From positions 1 to 43,207 of IMG/VR virus record IMGVR_UViG_3300017700_000313: a stretch of 43,207 nucleotides of DNA; one strand, written 5' to 3'. Origin of the DNA: a virus (Duplodnaviria > Caudoviricetes). The position numbers and the translations under genes are program-made. The notes below the pieces were generated by a model that did no database searches, was not told the origin of the DNA, and was given only the letters and a program-made list of their open reading frames with translations. Position 1 is the first letter of the stretch; every line of letters begins with the position of its first letter. Shown piece by piece: positions 7,862-16,468 of this stretch.

Positions 7862-9715
7862 ATGGCAACCAACAAAAGAATAGAAGATATTGTGGCAGCA
7901 GCGCGTCAGCGTATGCAGCAGCGAGAAGTGGAAAAGCTTGTTGGCAAGCTCAAGGCCAATGATGCTGATGCTGCAACCAAGGGCGTGCTTAGTAGCATGA
8001 ACTGGAAGCTGCCAACTCCTGTTGCTAGCAACGTTGTTGATGCTGACAAGATGAAGCTGGTGCTTAGTCAGATGGTTGGCAATGAGTCAACAAGCGCCAT
8101 GACTTTCAATCCTGAGCAGCTTGCTGCTATTGAGCTAGGATTGCAGGGCAAGAATATGTGCTTGATTGGTGCTGCTGGTACTGGTAAGACCACAGTTACT
8201 CAAGAACTTATTGGCCGAGTGCAGCGGGCTGCTCACATGTTGCCATTGTCTGCAAGCACCAAGCATTTGCGTGCTGATGCTCCGGGCATCGTTATCTGTG
8301 GCTACACAAACAAAGCAGTGAACAACATTCGCAAGAAGTTGCCACCAATGCTGCAAGGTCATTGCATTACCATTCACAAGCTGCTTGAGTATGCACCTAC
8401 ATACTACGAAGTACCTGATCCTTATCTTAAGGGTGCAATGGTCAATACCATGCGCTTCGAGCCAAGCAGGAATGCAACCAACCCGCTGCCACACATCAGC
8501 ACTATTATCTTTGAAGAGAGTTCCATGATTGGTACTGATCTTCACGATCAAGTGCTTGATGCGTTGCCATTCCCAAGCAGGACTCAGTTCATCTATCTTG
8601 GTGATCTGAATCAGTTGCCACCAGTCTTCGGTCCAAGCATCTTGGGCTTCAAGCTTGCTGAGTTGCGTACCATTGAACTCAAGCATGTCTATCGTCAAGC
8701 TCTGCTGTCTCCCATCATCAGCATTGCAACTGCTGTTCGTACCAACCAAGTACAGAAGCAGGGCTTTGTCAAGGCAGCACAAGAATGGCATGAGCTTGAG
8801 GACATGAAGCTGCCAACCAATCTTACTGAAAAGATTGTGCTTGATCGTGGCGAGCATGGCAAGCTGACTCTGCATCCTTGGAAGAAGCGCGTTGACTATC
8901 TCAATGCTACCAACATGATGAAGAGCTTCTTGCCTGCCGCGATTCAGTCTGGTAACTACAACCCAGAAGAAGACATGATCCTCTGCCCGTTCAACAAGAG
9001 CTTCGGCACTATCGAGTTGAACAACATCATTGCTGACTATCTTGCCAAGCAGCGTGGCGAAGTTGTGCATGAAGTTATTGCACGCTTTGCTACTACCTAT
9101 TGGGCTGTTGGTGATCGTGTGATGCATGACAGGCACGAAGCTGTTATCACCAAGATTTACCCAACTCCCGGCTACAGTGGCAAGCCACCACAGTTGGCAA
9201 GCAAGACGCTCAATCGCTGGGGCCGTGATCCAGAGAACAAGAACTCTGTTATCACTCGCACTGCTGATGAGATCATGAACGCGCTTGATACGATGGCGGG
9301 TGATGGTGAAGCTGCTAAGAACTTGGCAAGTCATACCATCCACATCTACATTCCTGATCTTGACAAGGAAGAAGTACTGAATACAGCTGGCGCTATCAAC
9401 CAGCTTATCTTTGGCTACGCTCTTACCATTCACAAGTCGCAGGGTTCTGAATGGCAGCGTGTCTTCCTGTTTTTGCACAACACTCATGCTACCATGCTCA
9501 GTCGTGAGCTGATCTACACTGGCATCACTCGTGCCAAGCATGAACTCTATATCATCTGTGAAGGTGATATTAGCACGTATGGCAATAGCCTTGTTCGTGC
9601 TGCTGAGCGTCCTATCATTCCTGGCACTAAGCTGGAAGAGAAGATTGCTTACTTCCGTGGTAAGGCTAAGGAAACTGGCCGTGCTATGGACCGTGACGAT
9701 GAAGCGCTCGTTTAA
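7862..9715 (+). CDS. SF1B (RecD2/Dda-like) DNA helicase
   Basis: Motif I GAAGTGKTT, II EESSM, III GDLNQLPPV, IV VYRQA, V YALTIHKSQGSE, VI YTGITRAK. Start chosen after a GAGGAG RBS. Confidence 0.92.
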   Translation: MATNKRIEDIVAAARQRMQQREVEKLVGKLKANDADAATKGVLSSMNWKLPTPVASNVVDADKMKLVLSQMVGNESTSAMTFNPEQLAAIELGLQGKNMCLIGAAGTGKTTVTQELIGRVQRAAHMLPLSASTKHLRADAPGIVICGYTNKAVNNIRKKLPPMLQGHCITIHKLLEYAPTYYEVPDPYLKGAMVNTMRFEPSRNATNPLPHISTIIFEESSMIGTDLHDQVLDALPFPSRTQFIYLGDLNQLPPVFGPSILGFKLAELRTIELKHVYRQALLSPIISIATAVRTNQVQKQGFVKAAQEWHELEDMKLPTNLTEKIVLDRGEHGKLTLHPWKKRVDYLNATNMMKSFLPAAIQSGNYNPEEDMILCPFNKSFGTIELNNIIADYLAKQRGEVVHEVIARFATTYWAVGDRVMHDRHEAVITKIYPTPGYSGKPPQLASKTLNRWGRDPENKNSVITRTADEIMNALDTMAGDGEAAKNLASHTIHIYIPDLDKEEVLNTAGAINQLIFGYALTIHKSQGSEWQRVFLFLHNTHATMLSRELIYTGITRAKHELYIICEGDISTYGNSLVRAAERPIIPGTKLEEKIAYFRGKAKETGRAMDRDDEALV

Positions 9716-9750
9716 TCATGAGCTATCTACTATTAACCTTGGAGAATTTT

Positions 9751-9957
9751 ATGTCAGCAACTCAGCTTCCAACCCACAAGCGCCCAATGATCTGCAAAGA
9801 GCAGACATGGGAACTGTCAGCAGATGGCCATACGTGGATGCCAACTGGCAAAAGCGTCTATGTGCTGTATGAGAACAGCAGCAAGAAGACAGTGCTCACC
9901 TACAAAGACAAGTGGGTTGACATTGTTGCAGCAGCCAAGCTGGTCAACGGAGCTTGA
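9751..9957 (+). CDS. Hypothetical protein
   Basis: GGAG RBS and ATG; tiles the operon. Confidence 0.6.
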   Translation: MSATQLPTHKRPMICKEQTWELSADGHTWMPTGKSVYVLYENSSKKTVLTYKDKWVDIVAAAKLVNGA

Positions 9958-9959
9958 TC

Positions 9960-10184
9960 ATGGCAATGGACTATGTTCTCTGCTCAATGCGTCAGCCACC
10001 CAAGAGCGGTGTTTATACTGTTCGTTGCGGAGTTAGCAAGAGCTACTTCAAAGCTTACTGGAACAAGACGCAAGACTGCTGGTATGACGAGCACTGCTCC
10101 GGTCCGATTGTCTTTGGCACTGATGGCCGCAAAGGCATTGACTGCTGGAAGAAGAACTCCAACCTTCGTATCAACCGCAAATAA
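9960..10184 (+). CDS. Hypothetical protein (DUF551-like pattern)
   Basis: PPKSGVYTVRC...AYWN...W...IDCW resembles small phage early proteins; GGAG RBS. Confidence 0.55.
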   Translation: MAMDYVLCSMRQPPKSGVYTVRCGVSKSYFKAYWNKTQDCWYDEHCSGPIVFGTDGRKGIDCWKKNSNLRINRK

Positions 10185-10194
10185 TCCTATCAAG

Positions 10195-11367
10195 ATGACT
10201 ACTACTCCTATCACTAGCAAGTACGCAGCTTTGCCTAACAACATCATCTACTGCCCGCGCAGTGGTGTGCCGTTGGCTAAGGTTGAGGCTCTTTGCTCAC
10301 ATGGCTGGCCTGTTATCAACCAGCTGGCGTCAGTAACAACAGGCTTGCTGCATCCAGTGTACGCAATGCCACTCGACAAGCTGATTGTCAAACTCAAGAA
10401 TGAGTTGCACGCAGCAGAGCAGATTGCTTGGTGCTCAGTTGATGCAGACCAGCGTGAGATTCAACTCACCATGTCAGCCATCATGTACAGCATCGATGCT
10501 ATCTGGCAACCATCAGCAGAAGCAACACACATCTGGAAGAAGATGGTGCCATCATTGCCAATGTGGCCAGTAGCAGTAGCGTCAGGTGGAAGACTGCTGC
10601 GCTTGGCAAGCTGGTATCACTACGCAACCAGCAAGCGTCTGCACTTTCCAAGCTACCGCATTAGCCACGACAACAAGAATGTCCATTGGGATAACTTGTC
10701 AGCTTGGCTTGATGATGCGTATGAAATCAAGGAAGAGTGGGAACGTGGCCGTGACAACCTGCAACACGCAGAAGAAGTCAAGGCTCGCACTGAAGCTCTG
10801 TTGACAGTACGTGCTGATGCTATCTACAAGCGCATCGATCTTAACAAGGTGTGGAATTGGGTTGACATTCAGATGCGACTCGATGCTAACTATCCAGCTG
10901 GAAGGCGCGAGACTTTCAAGACAATCTTCATGACTGCTGACATGCACCCAGAAGACTGGAACACTGATGATGTTGAAGATGTGCAGATGGCTATCTTGGA
11001 AACATGTGATGTTGGCAACGACATTATGTTCTTCATTCGCACCCGCTTGAATAGCATTCATGCAATCATCCGTGACTTCTACTCTAGCTTCACGCTGGTA
11101 CGTAGCGTTGCTAAAGAAGGCAGTGCTGCTCTTGATAGCGTGTCGCAACTGGAACAAGATCGCACGACTGAGTTCTTCGGCGGCTTTGACAAGCGGGCAG
11201 AAAGCTTGGAAGCAATGCCAGAAGAGCCCAAGCGTGAACACTTCGCAACTCCTGCTAAGTATCTGCAAGCAGCAGCACAGTGGCGCATCCTCAAGAAGCG
11301 TTACGATCATGTCAAGCAAGCAGCAGCGGCTGTCCCTGCAAGCAACAATTTGTTGGAAGGACTGTAA
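10195..11367 (+). CDS. Hypothetical protein (about 390 aa, N-terminal YCPRSG)
   Basis: Long ORF with phage-typical codon usage; start placed after the upstream stop. Confidence 0.75.
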   Translation: MTTTPITSKYAALPNNIIYCPRSGVPLAKVEALCSHGWPVINQLASVTTGLLHPVYAMPLDKLIVKLKNELHAAEQIAWCSVDADQREIQLTMSAIMYSIDAIWQPSAEATHIWKKMVPSLPMWPVAVASGGRLLRLASWYHYATSKRLHFPSYRISHDNKNVHWDNLSAWLDDAYEIKEEWERGRDNLQHAEEVKARTEALLTVRADAIYKRIDLNKVWNWVDIQMRLDANYPAGRRETFKTIFMTADMHPEDWNTDDVEDVQMAILETCDVGNDIMFFIRTRLNSIHAIIRDFYSSFTLVRSVAKEGSAALDSVSQLEQDRTTEFFGGFDKRAESLEAMPEEPKREHFATPAKYLQAAAQWRILKKRYDHVKQAAAAVPASNNLLEGL

Positions 11368-11369
11368 TC

Positions 11370-11756
11370 ATGGGACTCTTCAAACAAATGCTGGTTCCTG
11401 ATCGTCAGCAAACACAGCTTGCTTACCGTGTTAAGTACTGGCCATTCCGTGAACTGTCACCTGCTGCCAAGGAACTGATTGCTTATCGCAAGTTCAGCTT
11501 CATGAGTAAGCAGATGGTTGTTGACCGCTGCTCAGAAGACTTGACTGACTTCATTGTTAAGGGCAGGTCTTACAAGATTGTCTGGGCTTACAACAACCAG
11601 CCAACACAACAAGAGTGGGAAGCTACTCATGACAAGCGGCAGATTAACGTAGAGCTTCGCTGCTCTGCTGCTATCGACAGCTTTGCTGTTGCTATTCTTT
11701 CTTATGGCATTCCATCCGAGCGGCTTACTGCTCACAGACAAGGAGAGTTCTCATGA
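11370..11756 (+). CDS. Hypothetical protein
   Basis: ATG 2 nt after the upstream stop, with AGGA upstream. Confidence 0.65.
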   Translation: MGLFKQMLVPDRQQTQLAYRVKYWPFRELSPAAKELIAYRKFSFMSKQMVVDRCSEDLTDFIVKGRSYKIVWAYNNQPTQQEWEATHDKRQINVELRCSAAIDSFAVAILSYGIPSERLTAHRQGEFS

Positions 11757-12106
11757 CTGACAACTACCGCACACCACACCCGCGCAAGACGCTTGTACTA
11801 CTGCAAGATCACATCATTGTGCTTGAGCTCATCGAGCGCACAGTTCACGGCCCTTGGACGCACTTCCAGTCTGTTGCCAACAAGCGTACGCTGGTGCGCT
11901 GGCTTAACCTCTACGCTGGCAAGTGGCTCATGGAAGATGAGAAAAAACTTATCAACGACTCAGTAACAATCTGCTGGTGGGACAAGAACCCAGAGCTTCT
12001 TGCTGTTAGCTACCAGTTCCTCTGCGATCTTGTCACTACTGTGCTGTATGCACGTGGCATGGATGTGTGGGAAATCATCTTGGCAACACCAATCGAAGGA
12101 GATTAA
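11753..12106 (+). CDS. Hypothetical protein
   Basis: AAGGAG RBS, ATGA overlap. Confidence 0.7.
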   Translation: MTDNYRTPHPRKTLVLLQDHIIVLELIERTVHGPWTHFQSVANKRTLVRWLNLYAGKWLMEDEKKLINDSVTICWWDKNPELLAVSYQFLCDLVTTVLYARGMDVWEIILATPIEGD

Positions 12107-12108
12107 TC

Positions 12109-12525
12109 ATGATTACCATTGAATACGATCACGGCGATATCAGCCTGCTTGCTGCATGTGCAGCTGCTAAGCAACTCATTCAGTACCGGCCTACTGGTAC
12201 CAAGTGCATGGTGCGTAGCCGCAGTAACAAGATGACACTCATCATGACATTCACTGTGGATGCCAATGGCAACTGCACTGAAGACACTGACATGATTCAG
12301 CATGAGAAGCCAGCACTTGGTCCTGTTCAGCGTGCTTACGGTGGATTGTTGCATCAAGTTGGCAACAGTGACATGGGGCTGCAAGCTATCATCATTGATG
12401 ACACACTGCTTGGCGATAAGCTTAGTCCGCACCACCGCTATCTGTTCGATCCACGTCACTACAAGATTGTTAACAACACAATCTGTGCTGATCCAGAAGG
12501 CCGTGCTCGTAGGCCATCAACCTAA
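12109..12525 (+). CDS. Hypothetical protein
   Basis: AAGGAG RBS before ATG 12109. Confidence 0.65.
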   Translation: MITIEYDHGDISLLAACAAAKQLIQYRPTGTKCMVRSRSNKMTLIMTFTVDANGNCTEDTDMIQHEKPALGPVQRAYGGLLHQVGNSDMGLQAIIIDDTLLGDKLSPHHRYLFDPRHYKIVNNTICADPEGRARRPST

Positions 12526-12545
12526 ACATCAGAAGAAACAGGGGG

Positions 12546-12574
12546 TTGACAACACATCTACCCTCTGTCATACT
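12546..12574 (+). promoter_or_regulatory. Sigma70-type promoter
   Basis: TTGACA-17 nt-CATACT with a TG extension, in intergenic DNA. Confidence 0.7.
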
Positions 12575-12680
12575 TCTGTTTCTGGTTCGGGAACACCAGC
12601 CAAAAAGATCCCGTCAGTTGCAACCGGCAATTCTGCCAACAACCCGCTAGTAGCTACTAGCTTTTCTCCGGAGTTATCAA

Positions 12681-13322
12681 ATGCCCACCACCAAAACCCA
12701 GAAGTTCAACTTCAAGTCGCGCTCCATCCGTGACGAAGCTGGCAACGTCATCGGCAAGAGCAAGAAGCAGCCAAGCATCGAAGTGGCTTTGCCGCTGCTG
12801 TCGGCTGACGAGATTGCTGTCTATCTGGCAGCTCCCGATACCAAGGAAGCACAGCTGATCGTTGACGCTGTTGCCCGTCTCTACATCGACAATGCTCGCG
12901 AGCAGTTCGACGAAGTGATCGAGTCCTTTGGTGATGACCAAGAGAAGGAAGTCTCTGCTCAGCATCTGGACTACAGCAAGCTGACGCTGGAATTCATCGC
13001 TTCCATCCCGCCAACTCAGCGCGGCGCTGCTGCTCTCACCGAAGAAGACTTCGCAGCTTTCTTCGAAGACTACCTGGCCGTCATGGTTGCCGCCACTGGC
13101 AAGGAAGCCGTCAAGATCACCAACCACATCAACCTGTTCAAGAAGCCCACCAAGGCCAAAGCGAACAAGGAAGTGCTGGCGCTGCTGGTGGAAAACCTGG
13201 ACATCTACATGGCCAGCTCCGCCAACATGGAAGAAAACGGCTTGGTTGCCAACCGCATCCGTGACAAGTTCGATCGCTGGATGAAGGCTGACGAACCAGC
13301 AATGAACCTGGACCTGCTGTAA
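12681..13322 (+). CDS. Hypothetical protein (213 aa), probably highly expressed
   Basis: GGAG RBS, own promoter and downstream terminator, visibly C-ending codon bias. Confidence 0.85.
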   Translation: MPTTKTQKFNFKSRSIRDEAGNVIGKSKKQPSIEVALPLLSADEIAVYLAAPDTKEAQLIVDAVARLYIDNAREQFDEVIESFGDDQEKEVSAQHLDYSKLTLEFIASIPPTQRGAAALTEEDFAAFFEDYLAVMVAATGKEAVKITNHINLFKKPTKAKANKEVLALLVENLDIYMASSANMEENGLVANRIRDKFDRWMKADEPAMNLDLL

Positions 13323-13394
13323 TCAGCAGCCGGCCGCGATGATCTAGTTTCTTGCCGGAACAATCAGCATCGCGCCCGCTAATGATTGCAAAGT

Positions 13395-13483
13395 GCCACG
13401 TGAGTACATGCGTACCAAGCAGCAGGTGGTTTGTCTCCCTGATAACTGCTGCTCATTGCCTAAGTTGCGTTAGGTAGCGTGGT
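13395..13483 (+). ncRNA. Candidate cloverleaf sRNA with anti-SD loop
   Basis: Four-way junction: gccacg/cgtggt, gtac/gtac, agcagcag/ctgctgct enclosing a 20-nt loop with UGUCUCCCU, and ttgcctaa/ttaggtag; directly before a terminator. Confidence 0.55.
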
Positions 13484-13486
13484 TTT

Positions 13487-13523
13487 AGAAGGATCGTAGT
13501 TAACTCTGCGGTCCTTCTTTTTT
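13487..13523 (+). terminator. Rho-independent terminator
   Basis: agaaggatcgtag-ttaact-ctgcggtccttct followed by a T run. Confidence 0.85.
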
Positions 13524-13556
13524 GCTAGTGCATTCTTACGAGTGTGCTAACAAAAA

Positions 13557-13796
13557 ATGAGGCAGTATGATAGTATCTGGCATCAGATTAAGACAACAGG
13601 TAGCGCATCAGTTACCGTGTCTAAAGACCATGCTCGCACTATGATTGCCGGCGTCATTGAGACTAAGAGTGACGAGAATACCATCCGGCGCAAAGTCGGA
13701 TTGATCGGCTGGAGCAAGCTGGTCATCAAGCGTACCAAGTTATCTGATACACACATACGTGTGGACTTCTCACTTGCGTACCTCACCAACCTTTAA
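13557..13796 (+). CDS. Hypothetical protein
   Basis: 79-aa basic ORF filling the gap; weak RBS. Confidence 0.6.
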   Translation: MRQYDSIWHQIKTTGSASVTVSKDHARTMIAGVIETKSDENTIRRKVGLIGWSKLVIKRTKLSDTHIRVDFSLAYLTNL

Positions 13797-13829
13797 CTGC
13801 CACCTTGCGTGGCCATTGCCATGCTTGCT

Positions 13830-14492
13830 ATGAAATGTCCGCTGCCTTACTTGTCACCTGACTTGCAAGAGCGCACGCTGATTCATCACACAGCGTTTGG
13901 ACTAGCAAGATACCTTAAATCTCCAGCGATAAATCCTACCAAGGATCACCCGCTGGATTTTGCGTTTCTGCTCGGTCTTGGGCAGATGGTAGATTGGTGG
14001 CCAAAGAAAGATGTGCCAGCTTTTGCCTTGCAAGATATGGGAACTAACTTCCTGTTGCAAGTAGCAGCTGACCACTGGAGCCATGAACTTGCAGACCTCG
14101 ATGTTCGTACGCTGGCAAGAGTTCTTGCACGCATCCCCATGCACAACAGGTTCCTTTGTTGTGAGCTTATCCGTGACACACTAGCAGGAGTTGATATGAA
14201 ATCCATCCCCGAAAACAGCAAGCTTCCCAAGGAAGTTCATGATCGCTTGCTCATGAACCTTGCAGCACTTGAGCAATCATTGCTTGCCAAGGACCCGTCA
14301 ATGCCCGGCCATCTGCGCAACAGCCATGCCATTCTTGTTAGCTACCCTGAGACTGTTCACTTGTTGGACGATCAGGAAGTTGCTCGCTTGATTGACGCTG
14401 CTGAGATTCACACCAAGACAGAGATTGTCAAGGCAGTGGCAGCTGGCAAGGGCGCAGCCAGCAAGAAGAAGCTTGACGTCTCTGATCTGTGA
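13830..14492 (+). CDS. Hypothetical protein; probable second in-frame start at 14196 (98-aa product)
   Basis: Open frame from 13809 with an uncertain 5' start; strong AGGAG RBS before the internal ATG 14196. Confidence 0.65.
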   Translation: MKCPLPYLSPDLQERTLIHHTAFGLARYLKSPAINPTKDHPLDFAFLLGLGQMVDWWPKKDVPAFALQDMGTNFLLQVAADHWSHELADLDVRTLARVLARIPMHNRFLCCELIRDTLAGVDMKSIPENSKLPKEVHDRLLMNLAALEQSLLAKDPSMPGHLRNSHAILVSYPETVHLLDDQEVARLIDAAEIHTKTEIVKAVAAGKGAASKKKLDVSDL

Positions 14493-14499
14493 GGCTGTC

Positions 14500-14847
14500 A
14501 TGCGTACTTATCCTGTGCGTAGGGAACTTAGTTTAGCTGGCCACTATTCTAAGCGAGAGTCGCTCAAGACAGAACTTGAGTATTTGCAAGCAGATGTGCT
14601 CAGGACTTTCCGCCAGTACTGCAATAGCTATAGACTCGGCAGATACAAGCGGGGAAATCCAATGGATACTTGGTTCTCTGGCTGTGTATATGGTCAGTAT
14701 AGCGGCAAGCTCAGCAGCATGTGGAGCGATCTGCATGACTACGATTTGACGGAGTATAGCGACATGCTGGCTACTGCCGCGTGGAATGAGATACGGTTCT
14801 TGCTTCGGTATGCTGAGCAGCTTGACAACTTTGGAGATAAAGAATGA
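14500..14847 (+). CDS. Hypothetical protein
   Basis: GAGG RBS; ATGA overlap with the exonuclease gene. Confidence 0.6.
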   Translation: MRTYPVRRELSLAGHYSKRESLKTELEYLQADVLRTFRQYCNSYRLGRYKRGNPMDTWFSGCVYGQYSGKLSSMWSDLHDYDLTEYSDMLATAAWNEIRFLLRYAEQLDNFGDKE

Positions 14848-15857
14848 ACTTCGATGAACTCATGGACGCTAGTGTTACTGGTATCACACCGGGCACTGGC
14901 TCCTCTGTCTCTGCATTCCAAGATGTTTACAACAAGCTTGGTGCACATGGCAATCTGCGTACGTTCTCCACCAGTGAGAACTTCCACCGTTGCCCACGCA
15001 AGTACGCGCTTAGCAAGATGCAAGCAGCGTCAGGTGACAACCCCCGCTTGAACACAACAACCTTTGCTTTCGGTCATGCCGTTGGCGCTGGTGTTGCCAA
15101 GTTTGATCAGACTCAGGACTTGCGTCAAGCTGTCTGGGCTGCGTTCTTGGCATGGGATATGGACTTGTTCTCTGATGAGCGCAAGCAAGGGCGCCGTAAT
15201 GGCAAGTCTTTTCATGAAGCTATCTGGGCATTGTATGTCTACAAAACCTTTGTCGAAGAAGAGACGGACCTGTCTGATTACGAGGTTGTCGGAGCCGAAC
15301 AAACCGTGGCCATTGATTTCGGTGATGGACATTATTTCTCCGGTCACATTGACGAGCTGCTTCGCAATAAGTTCACAGGGGCTTATCGAGTTAAAGAGAA
15401 CAAAACAACAGGCTTATCAAATATCGACCCCGCTCTATACAGTAACAGTGACCAAGGTCTGGGTTACAGTATCGTGATCGACAGCTTCGGTGCTGCTGAC
15501 TACGAAGTCATGTATACCATCTACAGTTCTACGGAACAACGGTGGGCTACGTTCAGCTTCATCAAGCAGACCTTCAAGAAGGCTGAGTGGATTCAAGATC
15601 AGCTGCTCATCAACCAGCAGATTGATACGTACTCAGAACTGAAGTTCTTTCCCAAGCGTGGCGGTGCTTGCTTCAGTTACATGCGGCGCTGCGAGTACTA
15701 CGAAACCTGCGACACTAGCTTCAAGAGCTTGTTCGCTTCCGAGTTTGCTGATCTTCCAAAGATTCGCAACATACAGGATATCAGCGACATTGAGTTCGTT
15801 GACTATCCGACTTCCCTCCAAGAACTTGTCGACAGACAGAAAGAGAGCCTCAAGTGA
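14844..15857 (+). CDS. PD-(D/E)xK exonuclease, Cas4/RecB-like
   Basis: N-terminal CPRKY, GHAVG, E..V, GHIDELL, ENKTT, and a C-terminal C-x5-C-x5-C cluster. Confidence 0.85.
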   Translation: MNFDELMDASVTGITPGTGSSVSAFQDVYNKLGAHGNLRTFSTSENFHRCPRKYALSKMQAASGDNPRLNTTTFAFGHAVGAGVAKFDQTQDLRQAVWAAFLAWDMDLFSDERKQGRRNGKSFHEAIWALYVYKTFVEEETDLSDYEVVGAEQTVAIDFGDGHYFSGHIDELLRNKFTGAYRVKENKTTGLSNIDPALYSNSDQGLGYSIVIDSFGAADYEVMYTIYSSTEQRWATFSFIKQTFKKAEWIQDQLLINQQIDTYSELKFFPKRGGACFSYMRRCEYYETCDTSFKSLFASEFADLPKIRNIQDISDIEFVDYPTSLQELVDRQKESLK

Positions 15858-16456
15858 CCCAACGCTCAATCGATCCAGCAATCAAGACAGAAGGCCATGA
15901 GCCACCATTTCTGGTGTCAACTCGCTTCGGTCGTCATGGTGCTGATGGCAACGTGGTGGTAGAAGTTCCACAGTTCAGTGTGCAAGTGTCCATCTGCCTG
16001 ACACCAAGCTTGTACATGCATCCAGACTTCGGCGACAACTGGCTGCACTACATTGCAGTCACAAGCGCGCACAAGAAGCTGCCGCCAGATGAGCTGACAC
16101 AAGCAGTTGCCCTGGCTGTTGACTTCATTGGCATTGACAATGTGCTGCCACGTACAGCTGAAGGTGAAGGCAATGGCGTTGACATTGCAGTTATCTACAA
16201 CGAAGGCTTTCCACAGGAACTGGCTGCTGTTGCAGCTGGCTTGCATCTGGAAGGACTGCTGGTCTGTGTGCCAACTGACTCCTCTGTGTTCGAATCAGCA
16301 TCAGTCATTGCTTCCTCCGCTGGCCTTGCTGCCATGATGCGTGGCGGTCCTGCCAAGAAGATGGCAGAAGCAAGCAAGACCATGGAAGACATGGCAAACA
16401 ACATCACTGGCCGGCGTCTCTCTGATGCTATGCCTCCCTCTGACACCAAGCACTAA
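15854..16456 (+). CDS. Hypothetical protein
   Basis: GTGA overlap with the upstream gene; 200-aa ORF. Confidence 0.7.
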   Translation: MTQRSIDPAIKTEGHEPPFLVSTRFGRHGADGNVVVEVPQFSVQVSICLTPSLYMHPDFGDNWLHYIAVTSAHKKLPPDELTQAVALAVDFIGIDNVLPRTAEGEGNGVDIAVIYNEGFPQELAAVAAGLHLEGLLVCVPTDSSVFESASVIASSAGLAAMMRGGPAKKMAEASKTMEDMANNITGRRLSDAMPPSDTKH

Positions 16457-16468
16457 GGAGTTTACAAG

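Noticed and set aside
8135-9541. 468-aa antisense ORF over the helicase
   Set aside because: Shadow frame caused by rare TTA/CTA/TCA codons on the sense strand; no motifs or RBS.
13401-13455. Hammerhead ribozyme
   Set aside because: CTGATAA lies in a terminal loop, and the CUGANGA/GAAA core is not arranged around a three-way junction.
14844-15857. CRISPR-Cas system suggested by the Cas4-like nuclease
   Set aside because: No repeat-spacer array or other cas genes seen. The exonuclease-Sak4-SSB context indicates recombination.
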